Assembly (NCBI GenBank): GCA_009924895.1
Contig: RFQR01000005.1
Span: forward strand, 3,710-67,709
Direction of reading: 5' to 3'
From: a bacterium
GTDB taxonomy: Bacteria; Patescibacteriota; Minisyncoccia; Phycocordibacterales; UBA2100
Length of the DNA: 64,000 bases
A model generated the notes under the pieces. It did not search any database. It was given only the letters and a program-made list of their open reading frames with translations, and was not told the DNA's origin. Position 1 is the first letter of the stretch. Each line of letters opens with the position of its first letter. A program made the position numbers and the translations under genes. Of the stretch, positions 56,570-64,000 are shown in pieces.

Positions 56570-57157
56570 TCACTTCTTATTGTCAGGTGTGCGCCACTGT
56601 GGTGGCGATGACGTACCCGGCCCCGGTGCCCGTTCTGCGCGCCAGCCAGCCAGTGTCCTTGGCGGCGGTGGGAGCACCACCTCCTTCTCCAGCATGCCTC
56701 TGATCGTGCGATTGTGAAAGGCCTTGCCCATCAGATGCTTTGAGCACCATCCAATGGACTTTCCGACCGGATAGAGGATCATGATCAGACCGAACTGGAT
56801 TTTGCTAAAGATGAGGCCGATCACAGATGCTGTCGCTGAATCACTGATCACTGAATCCAGCCAGATCTGCACGTTGTTCTGCCACGTGTTTAGGGTGGTA
56901 AGACCACGATTGATAATCCAGCGCGCTGCGTCTGGCGATATCATAGCAATCAAAACTAGTCCGCCAATGGTTCCGAAGAACCATCCGACGAACCCTCCAA
57001 CTACCTGAATGGTCGTCTGTGCGCTTGATGGATGCATGCTTTTTGTCTTCACGAGAAGCCAAAGTCCGACACCTAGTGACCCGAGACTGAGAATCACTAA
57101 TGAGATGAAGGATATGCCGATTGCTTGTGCCCAGGTGAAGAGGCCTGAAGGGTTCAT
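56570..57157 (-). CDS. Orphan membrane protein
   Basis: GAGGAG-led ATG at 57157, three TMs; downstream hairpin at about 56535-56564. Confidence 0.65.
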   Translation of the reverse strand: MNPSGLFTWAQAIGISFISLVILSLGSLGVGLWLLVKTKSMHPSSAQTTIQVVGGFVGWFFGTIGGLVLIAMISPDAARWIINRGLTTLNTWQNNVQIWLDSVISDSATASVIGLIFSKIQFGLIMILYPVGKSIGWCSKHLMGKAFHNRTIRGMLEKEVVLPPPPRTLAGWRAERAPGPGTSSPPQWRTPDNKK

Positions 57158-57419
57158 AGCTGTCTCCTCTTTCTTCAACGAACTCCACTGTTCGCTCAAA
57201 TCACTATGCAACGAATATGAAAAAAAGCAAGTTTTTGCTAAGGCACTCTCAACCTCCAACTGCCCGGTAAAATATCCGCAATATGTATGTGCACATTGGC
57301 TTCAGAATACGTGAACGGATTGGGCTGTTAACCGCGAAAGGAATGAGGGTGCCTAATTTCAAAAAAATATAAAAGAAGAAGGGCAGGGGGTGTTACTCCC
57401 CTGCCCTCCGATGATGCGC

Positions 57420-57950
57420 TTACTCGCGCTGCATCAACGGCTTCTGAGCCGCATTGTTGATTGCTGTGTCAGGTGTGGTGAAGCCGTCCATGACCTGGAA
57501 GATGGCCGGGATGACGAAAGCCCAGTACACTGAGCCGTAGCTGCCGAGCATGTAGCCGGCAACGAGCAGCATCAGTCCGCTCATGAAGACGGACGTCTTG
57601 GTTTCCGCACGGAGGCTGTCGACCTTGGTGTGCATGTCACGCACCACCTTGATCTGCGACCAGAACCAGACAGACATTACTGCCGTCTGGCCGAGAAGCA
57701 ATGCGAAAATCCAGGGATTGTCCTTGATCTTCGTCACGTCGATGCGATTTGAGAACTCTGCGATGCCGAACCATTTGGCGGCGCCGACGCTTGCGAACAT
57801 AACGACGACCGGGAAGAGAATAGTCGACCCGATACTTATCGCTGTCTTGCCGAACGTGCCGAGAGTCGAAATGCTCAAGCGGCTTTTCGTGCCACCGGGT
57901 TCATCACGGCTCTCGGAGTTCACTGTCTTCAGAGGTGTCGGATTTGCCAT
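57420..57950 (-). CDS. Orphan membrane protein
   Basis: AAGGAG-led, 4 TMs; downstream hairpin at about 57380-57407. Confidence 0.7.
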   Translation of the reverse strand: MANPTPLKTVNSESRDEPGGTKSRLSISTLGTFGKTAISIGSTILFPVVVMFASVGAAKWFGIAEFSNRIDVTKIKDNPWIFALLLGQTAVMSVWFWSQIKVVRDMHTKVDSLRAETKTSVFMSGLMLLVAGYMLGSYGSVYWAFVIPAIFQVMDGFTTPDTAINNAAQKPLMQRE

Positions 57951-58157
57951 TGGGAAAAACTCCTTGTTTTGTTTCCCATTTCAACACTGGTACTGGGCAC
58001 TCCAGCCCAGTGGTAATATAATACTACTTTTTTTTATTTTGTCAAGCATAAAACTTGACAAAACACTTAAATCATGTATTGTGTCAAAACTCATCGTATG
58101 CAGAGCGTTCGGTGGGTGTTTCGAAACAGTCCCAACCTGAAAGGTAAAGGACACCAC

Positions 58158-58547
58158 ATGAAGAAACTGAAGAAACTGATAATCGCCGCAGCTGCGGCAT
58201 TGCTCGTCACCGCACCGGCATTCGCCCAAGTGGCACAGGTCCAGAAGTTGGGCCTCGTCACTCAGGACATCGAGATCACCCTCGAGTCCAACGCGGGCAA
58301 GCTCTCTCGCTTCAAGGCGGGACAGAAGTGCATCATGCGTGAGGGAACGATCGTCGCGCTGCTCGGGCCGACCGCGGATGGGAAGGAGCGCATTCAGCGC
58401 ACCAACCTCATCGCAATCCGGTTTCCCAATCGGCAGACGTGCCCCGAAGGTGCATCCGGCCCCGTCGAGGCAACGGTCGCTCTTGCGATGGCGAAGGCGC
58501 ACCAGGACAAGGTGTCCGCAAAGGGCGGCGCCACGAAGAAGAACTGA
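58158..58547 (+). CDS. Secreted orphan protein
   Basis: MKKLKK...APAFA signal peptide, two Cys; terminator GGGCACCC...GGGTGCCC-TTTT. Confidence 0.7.
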   Translation: MKKLKKLIIAAAAALLVTAPAFAQVAQVQKLGLVTQDIEITLESNAGKLSRFKAGQKCIMREGTIVALLGPTADGKERIQRTNLIAIRFPNRQTCPEGASGPVEATVALAMAKAHQDKVSAKGGATKKN

Positions 58548-58626
58548 TCGTTCTTCACCAGTGACGAGGTAGTCGTCACATTGGGCACCCCTCAGACGGG
58601 TGCCCTTTTCTTTTTACAACGAAATA

Positions 58627-58683
58627 CCAAGGGTTACCCTTGGGAGCAACAAGTCCCTTTACTTTACCAAGGGTAACCCTTGA
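58627..58683. repeat. Two 15-17-bp palindromes 40 bp apart
   Basis: CCAAGGGTTACCCTTGG and CCAAGGGTAACCCTTGA. Confidence 0.7.
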
Positions 58684-58796
58684 TAACTTAGTAAAACTTT
58701 GCATACTGAATTTGTGTGAGATTGTAAATTATGAAAAAAATGGCATAGTAAAAACGGTTTGGGGCAGTACCCGAACCTTCACAAAAGGAACAGAGA

Positions 58797-59372
58797 ATGA
58801 AGAAACTAGTCCTTCCTCTGCTAGCAGTTTGGGCACTGCTCTGCTTCGATGTGGCACACGCCCAAGAAGGGGTGTGTGTTGAGAGCCTTGTCAGTTCGGA
58901 CAAGACCTTGGAATTCACCCAGAAGAAACTGGGAGACAAGTGCGAGACGATCAGTGGCAGAGATCCCCGCACTGGTATCGTCGGTCAAACGGAAGATGGC
59001 AAAGCATTCACCACGGTCATCAGCCCGGCCGAGATCGTGGAAGACCCTGAGGTGAGACAGTGCAGTAGCATGCCCTCTCAGGGGCGTAGCAACAAAGGGG
59101 GCTACTCTGTCACAATCGAAATGTGGTCAACTAAGACCGAGTGTACCCCCGCGCCGGTTCCTGGCTATCCGCGACGGACACTTAACCTTGAGGTGACGCT
59201 CTTGATCAGCGGCTCAGGCATCGCCGGCACAGTGTGTCTCAATCCAGGTAACATGTGCGCATCAATTGACAGGCTCAGCGAAGATGCGCGCAGAAACATT
59301 GCTGACATGGTGATCTTCTGCATCTTCGAACAGATCGCCGGTCCGGTCTTGACACCCAAGCAGAAGACCTGA
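58797..59372 (+). CDS. Secreted Cys-rich orphan protein
   Basis: MKKLVLP...VAHA signal peptide; terminator GATGGGGCGGTC...GACCGCCCCATC-TTTTT. Confidence 0.7.
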   Translation: MKKLVLPLLAVWALLCFDVAHAQEGVCVESLVSSDKTLEFTQKKLGDKCETISGRDPRTGIVGQTEDGKAFTTVISPAEIVEDPEVRQCSSMPSQGRSNKGGYSVTIEMWSTKTECTPAPVPGYPRRTLNLEVTLLISGSGIAGTVCLNPGNMCASIDRLSEDARRNIADMVIFCIFEQIAGPVLTPKQKT

Positions 59373-59435
59373 TCGATCGGGTCAGAACGACGAAACGTAC
59401 GATGGGGCGGTCTTGCGACCGCCCCATCTTTTTTG

Positions 59436-59900
59436 TTACTTCACGTTTATAATTTTGTATTTCTGGCCTCCTTTTGGTGTTTCAAAGGTAAAGATATCAC
59501 CCTTCTTTTTTTCCATAAGTGCAGAACCGAGCGGGGAGAGGTGAGAAATTTTCTTTTCGTGCATGTTCGCTTCGGCAGAGCCGACGATTTCATACGTATA
59601 CTCATCTTTCTCCCCTACTTTTTGAATAGTGACGAACGAACCGAGGGAAACGTGATTGCCTTTTGAATATTCGATGATGCGCGCATGTGCAAGCTGCTCT
59701 TCAACAACGCGGATGCGGTCTTCGGTCGCTGCTTGCAGGTTGCGCGCCTCTTCGTATTCGGCATTTTCCGACAAATCCCCAAGTGAGCGTGCATATTCAA
59801 GCTGCTCTGCAATCTCGCGGCGACGGACCGTTTTCAAATGCTCAAGCTCTTCCGTCAGTTCATCAAATTTTTCCTTACTCAAGTAGTTGGTTTCTGTCAT
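59436..59900 (-). CDS. greA: Transcription elongation factor GreA
   Basis: GDLSENAEY, YEIVGSAEA, SPLGSAL. Confidence 0.96.
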   Translation of the reverse strand: MTETNYLSKEKFDELTEELEHLKTVRRREIAEQLEYARSLGDLSENAEYEEARNLQAATEDRIRVVEEQLAHARIIEYSKGNHVSLGSFVTIQKVGEKDEYTYEIVGSAEANMHEKKISHLSPLGSALMEKKKGDIFTFETPKGGQKYKIINVK

Positions 59901-59949
59901 GGTGCCACCATTGTACAGGTTTCTAAAAAAAAGCAAAGCATAGCGCGCC

Positions 59950-61647
59950 TTACTCAGATGCGATGTACTCAGGTTTATATGCGACGAGCCATTCAAAAAA
60001 AGGCTTCATCCCAGGTGCTGCACCTGAGAGTGTGCCTGCAGGAGCTTTTTCGAGCATAATCGCAAAGGCGTACCGAGGCTTCTCATACGGCCAAAAACCA
60101 ACCACCCATGAGTTCATCCATTGGTTATGCGTGCCGGTCTGTGCGGTTCCTGTTTTTGCCGCGATGTGAGGCTCGGGCATGTTGAGTGAGCGCGCTGTTC
60201 CGTAGTCAGGCAGCGTGACAGCAAGCCGCATACCCTCTCGTGCGACCTGTAGATGGGACTCGGTGATTCCAACGGTTCCTTGCACAGTCGGTCGCTCGCC
60301 TTTTATGAGATGTGGCTCGTACAGCGTCCCACCGTTTGCGAGGGCAGCGATTGCGCGGACGACCTGGAGCGGCGTAACCTGAAAACCAAACTGTCCGATT
60401 GCAGTATGGTAGGTGTTTCCAATGCGCCACGGATCGTTTGCTCCAAACACTTTCTCTTTCCATTCTGGTGTAGGAATAATCCCGGGTATCTCACCGCCGA
60501 GCATGACACCGGTTATCGTCGCAAAGCCAAAACGCTTTGAGTACTCGTCGATTTTGTTGATGCCAAGGCCTTTTTGACTTTTATACCCACCGCCAACGGT
60601 ATAAAAATATTCATCAGAGGATTGCGCAATCGCATGACGCATGTCGACCCATCCGTGCGCGCGCCAGTCTTTAAATATAGAAGGTTGATCGGGGTTATAG
60701 GGATTCGGCAGAATAAGTGCGCCGCTCGAATAAATCTGCTTTTCCGGAGAAATGATTTCCTCCTCGAGTGCCGCTGCCGCAAACAGCGGCTTTACAATCG
60801 AGCCGGGCGTGTAGGCACCTGCAACAGCGCGATTGAGGGTGGGCGAACGAACGCTCTCGTGCGCGGCATCAATTGCATCGCTATTCCCTTCGACAAACGC
60901 AGCGTTACTGTATTCGGGAATACTCGTAAGAGCGAGAATGTTTCCTGTGTGGATATCCATAATGACGCCAGCACCACCCACAAAATGCTGTTCGTTTGCA
61001 TGGTGAAGCAATGTCTCATACAGTTTTGATTGGACTTCCGCATCAATCGTGAGATGGAGATCGGTACCATTTATTGGTTCGGTCGTAATGTTGGTGCGCA
61101 CGACTTTTCCACTCGCGCTTGTTTCGGTCATTGAACTGCCGTTTATACCGTGGAGCACAGAATCGTAAAAGTATTCGACACCAGAGACGGGTGTGTACTC
61201 TTCGCGCCACCACTCCCCTTTTGCATCGGATTTTGGATATCGGACAAATCCGAGAACGTGCGAGAGGCCGGGCAAGGATGTGTACTTTCGGAGCGTGAAG
61301 GTCGTACTTGCGGTACTGCTCGCATTCAGATCATTCCATGCGAGTTCGCGTTCGTTTTTGTCGAGAATACGGCCGCGTGTTGCAAACAAAACCGAACGAT
61401 CGAGGCGATTGTTACGAGAAATTTCTGCGTATTTTTCACCATCACTCACACTAATGCTGTAGGCTCGATACGCGAAGCCACATGCGACGGTGATAAACAG
61501 AAATACAAGTGCGAGAAATGCTTGAGTGGATACGGGCCGCTCAACACGACCTTCAAACTGATTCGGATCATGGTCAGGCAGGTTACTCGCATCGAGGAAT
61601 ATCTCGTCGGGATCGATGGAGTCGCGGTTGTAGTGTTTTGAGAGCAT
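59950..61647 (-). CDS. mrdA: Penicillin-binding protein 2
   Basis: RGRILD, PGSIVK, SSD, KTGTAQ; follows mreBCD. Confidence 0.9.
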   Translation of the reverse strand: MLSKHYNRDSIDPDEIFLDASNLPDHDPNQFEGRVERPVSTQAFLALVFLFITVACGFAYRAYSISVSDGEKYAEISRNNRLDRSVLFATRGRILDKNERELAWNDLNASSTASTTFTLRKYTSLPGLSHVLGFVRYPKSDAKGEWWREEYTPVSGVEYFYDSVLHGINGSSMTETSASGKVVRTNITTEPINGTDLHLTIDAEVQSKLYETLLHHANEQHFVGGAGVIMDIHTGNILALTSIPEYSNAAFVEGNSDAIDAAHESVRSPTLNRAVAGAYTPGSIVKPLFAAAALEEEIISPEKQIYSSGALILPNPYNPDQPSIFKDWRAHGWVDMRHAIAQSSDEYFYTVGGGYKSQKGLGINKIDEYSKRFGFATITGVMLGGEIPGIIPTPEWKEKVFGANDPWRIGNTYHTAIGQFGFQVTPLQVVRAIAALANGGTLYEPHLIKGERPTVQGTVGITESHLQVAREGMRLAVTLPDYGTARSLNMPEPHIAAKTGTAQTGTHNQWMNSWVVGFWPYEKPRYAFAIMLEKAPAGTLSGAAPGMKPFFEWLVAYKPEYIASE

Positions 61648-61650
61648 TCA

Positions 61651-61890
61651 CTAACTATAGTACGTCAAGAACTCTTTCCGCAATGGTTTGGTACCGAGGA
61701 TAAGAAGTGCAGTACAGAGTGTGGTTACGGGTAGACCCGCGGGAACGTAGAGAAGGTCGACCACAAGCGCTATAAACAGAAGCTCGGTGCCTTCAAAAAA
61801 AATAATGTACGTAAACACACCAATCCAAAACAAAACAGGCGAAAGAAATATCCCGCCCCCCATGACAAGCAAAAGAAGGTTCCGAATCAT
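61651..61890 (-). CDS. Small membrane protein at the mreD position
   Basis: Hydrophobic 79-aa ORF between mreC and PBP2. Confidence 0.55.
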   Translation of the reverse strand: MIRNLLLLVMGGGIFLSPVLFWIGVFTYIIFFEGTELLFIALVVDLLYVPAGLPVTTLCTALLILGTKPLRKEFLTYYS

Positions 61891-61892
61891 AC

Positions 61893-62663
61893 CTATCGCG
61901 GAACAATGCTGACGTATCGAAGTGTTGTAAGAGAGAGTGGAAGTCGGATAAGCACGTCTTGTGATGCGCCACTATCATCTGGTGAGACCGAACCGACGAT
62001 TCCAATCGGACGGAAACGAAACTCGGGCACAAGGACCATGTCACCTTCGTGGATTTTCATTTCGCGCGGTGCGTGGGCTTCCCCAACAGCACGACCGTTT
62101 CCCTCTACCGTTACGCTGGTGTCATTAATCACCGCCGCGTGCTTTTCGCCCGGAGAAAGTGCCATACGTACGGTAGAGATGGTTGCGCCCTTTTGTGCAA
62201 TGGTCCCGACCACAAAGCCTTCGGCAGAAAGCACAAGGTCGCCTATCTGAAACGCGGGGTGCGTTTCAGTACCGGCATTGATGGTAAAGGTGCCATAGGG
62301 TGAAGCGAGTATGTGAGAGGTAACTTCAGCGGTGAGTTCACGATCTCTCAGCGGGAGGCGAAGTTGTCGAGAAAGCGAAGCATACTGCTCGCGAAGTATC
62401 GGTAATGCGCGAGATTCTTGATCGAGCTGTGCTATGCGTTCGCGAAGCGTCTGATTTTCCTCGAGGAGCGCGCTGCGACTTGAAACATAGTCACCGAATG
62501 AAAGTCGGGCGATGATGGAAGCCGTATAACTAAGCGGTTCAAAGATTCGCTGCACGGCACGTGACACGAGGTGATTGCTAAAAGCATTCACTGTGAGTAT
62601 GACGCTGACTACGGTAAGCGTTACTATGAGCCGTGTATTATTCTGTGGGGACCAGTTCGTCAT
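61893..62663 (-). CDS. mreC: Rod shape-determining protein MreC
   Basis: TM, ENQTLRE coiled coil, TINAG, VVGTI. Confidence 0.85.
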   Translation of the reverse strand: MTNWSPQNNTRLIVTLTVVSVILTVNAFSNHLVSRAVQRIFEPLSYTASIIARLSFGDYVSSRSALLEENQTLRERIAQLDQESRALPILREQYASLSRQLRLPLRDRELTAEVTSHILASPYGTFTINAGTETHPAFQIGDLVLSAEGFVVGTIAQKGATISTVRMALSPGEKHAAVINDTSVTVEGNGRAVGEAHAPREMKIHEGDMVLVPEFRFRPIGIVGSVSPDDSGASQDVLIRLPLSLTTLRYVSIVPR

Positions 62664-63720
62664 CGGAGTGAAGGAGCGACTCGTAATACAGCGGCATATC
62701 GTTCAAGACGGTGCTGGTACCCCGGACGACTGCCGTGAGAGGATCAGGGGCGACGATGATGGGGACTTTCAGTGCCGCAGAGAGAAATTCGGGGAGCCCT
62801 CGGATGAGGGCACCGCCACCTGCAAGATAAATACCTCGGCGCATAACATCAGAGATAATCTCAGGAGGCGTCGTCTCGAGCACGTCCTTTATTTCTTCGA
62901 GCAAATCTTCTATTGAGTGTGCAATTGCGGTGCGAATGTCGTCATCGCCGACAATAATCTCTCGCGGAAGACCGGTAACAAGATCTCTCCCGCGCGCAGA
63001 AATCTCAACGCGGTCTTTTCCCGGCGCGACAGAGCCCACGGTGATCTTGATGTCTTCTGCCGTTTTGTCGCCGATGAGAAGTTTGTGCTCGTTACGCAAA
63101 TGCGCGACGATGTCTTGATTGAAGCGATCACCGGCGATGCGGACATTACGGGCATTTACCAAACCGCCGAGCGCGATAACACCAATATCTGTGGTGCCGC
63201 CTCCGATATCAATGATCATACTGCCCGAGGCTTGATGAACCGGAAGCTCAATACCGATGGCTGCAGCAAGAGGCTCTTCAACGATGTGCACTTCACGCGC
63301 TCCTGCAGCACGAGCAGCATCGCGAACGGCGCGTACCTCGACCGAGCTAATACCCGGCGGTACGCCGACGACCACACGCGGCCCGAGAAGTTTTTTGTGC
63401 CCGTGCTGGGCTTTGTTGATGAGATAGGTGAGCATTTCAGAGGTAATTTCAAAATCGGAAATAACACCGTCGATGACGGGCTGTACCGCAACAATGTGGG
63501 CCGGGGTCCTGCCGAGCATATCTTTTGCCTGCGATCCGACCGCGACGACCTGTCCGGTTTTTTGATTAACAGCGACAATCGAAGGCTCGTTAATTACAAT
63601 GCCCCGTCCTTTTACGTATACCAGCGTATTTGCGGTACCCAAGTCGATGCCAATGTCATTTGAAAACCACCCCAGCACCCTGTCTTTCCATCGATGCACT
63701 ATCGAAAGTTGTCGCCTCAT
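62638..63720 (-). CDS. mreB: Rod shape-determining protein MreB
   Basis: GIDLGTANTL, EEPLAAAIG, DIGGGTT, TPPE, AGGGAL. Confidence 0.97.
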   Translation of the reverse strand: MRRQLSIVHRWKDRVLGWFSNDIGIDLGTANTLVYVKGRGIVINEPSIVAVNQKTGQVVAVGSQAKDMLGRTPAHIVAVQPVIDGVISDFEITSEMLTYLINKAQHGHKKLLGPRVVVGVPPGISSVEVRAVRDAARAAGAREVHIVEEPLAAAIGIELPVHQASGSMIIDIGGGTTDIGVIALGGLVNARNVRIAGDRFNQDIVAHLRNEHKLLIGDKTAEDIKITVGSVAPGKDRVEISARGRDLVTGLPREIIVGDDDIRTAIAHSIEDLLEEIKDVLETTPPEIISDVMRRGIYLAGGGALIRGLPEFLSAALKVPIIVAPDPLTAVVRGTSTVLNDMPLYYESLLHSDDELVPTE

Positions 63721-63998
63721 ATTTTTTTTAAGTGCTCAAAAATGGTGCTTTCGGGTACGAGCGTGGTGTCGCCACCCGAGCGCGAAGATACTTCGATGCC
63801 GCCTGCAGCGATTGTTTTTTCTGAAATAACAAGACGCGTGGGTATGCCGATGAGTTCTGCGTCAGCAAATTTTTCTCCGGCGCGGACATCGCGATCGTCG
63901 TAGAGCACTTCAAATCCGTGTTCACGCAGCTCCTGGTAGAGTCGATCAGCTTCGGCAATGACTTGTGAGTTTCCGGAAGCAAGAGATACAAGATGTGC
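63717..63998 (-). CDS. proS: Proline--tRNA ligase C-terminal anticodon-binding domain (5' partial)
   Basis: LYQEL...VLYDDRD..AGEKFADAELIGIP; frame is open to the window end. Confidence 0.85.
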   Translation of the reverse strand, partial: AHLVSLASGNSQVIAEADRLYQELREHGFEVLYDDRDVRAGEKFADAELIGIPTRLVISEKTIAAGGIEVSSRSGGDTTLVPESTIFEHLKKI

Positions 63999-64000
63999 GT

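Noticed and set aside
54194-59372. Prophage
   Set aside because: No integrase, terminase, capsid or replication genes, and the genes look monocistronic.
36-63663. Long antisense ORFs (36-950, 12727-13788, 54994-55779, 62917-63663 and others)
   Set aside because: Shadows of well-supported genes on the opposite strand.
1-64000. CRISPR array or cas genes
   Set aside because: No regularly spaced identical repeats with unique spacers and no Cas-like ORFs.

Overview
A 64 kb chromosomal window from a Patescibacteria/CPR bacterium (Parcubacteria-like; inferred from gene content and order). It uses genetic code 11 and is mostly housekeeping genes: dcw cluster, murG/ftsW/mraY, scpAB, four aminoacyl-tRNA synthetases, glmS, grpE-dnaK-dnaJ, the infA-rpmJ-rpsM-rpsK-rpsD-rpoA-rplQ-rplM-rpsI operon, and mreBCD-PBP2. 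The novelty is in the intergenic DNA. (1) A recognisable glmS ribozyme upstream of glmS has a complete GIY-YIG nuclease ORF looped out of its catalytic core by a 15-bp inverted repeat. (2) Three homologous ~170-bp hairpin elements with similar termini, each carrying a TTTACA-N17-TAyrAT promoter, sit in front of rpsM, rpsK and rpsD and may be non-autonomous relatives of that GIY-YIG element. (3) A tRNA-Pro gene is nested inside a split tRNA-Pro gene. (4) A RAYT-like HUH transposase is bracketed by REP-like palindromes. (5) There is an unexplained ~210-nt structured RNA. (6) Host genes look largely leaderless, whereas scattered orphan single-gene cassettes are Shine-Dalgarno-led. All calls come from reading the sequence; no database searches were run.
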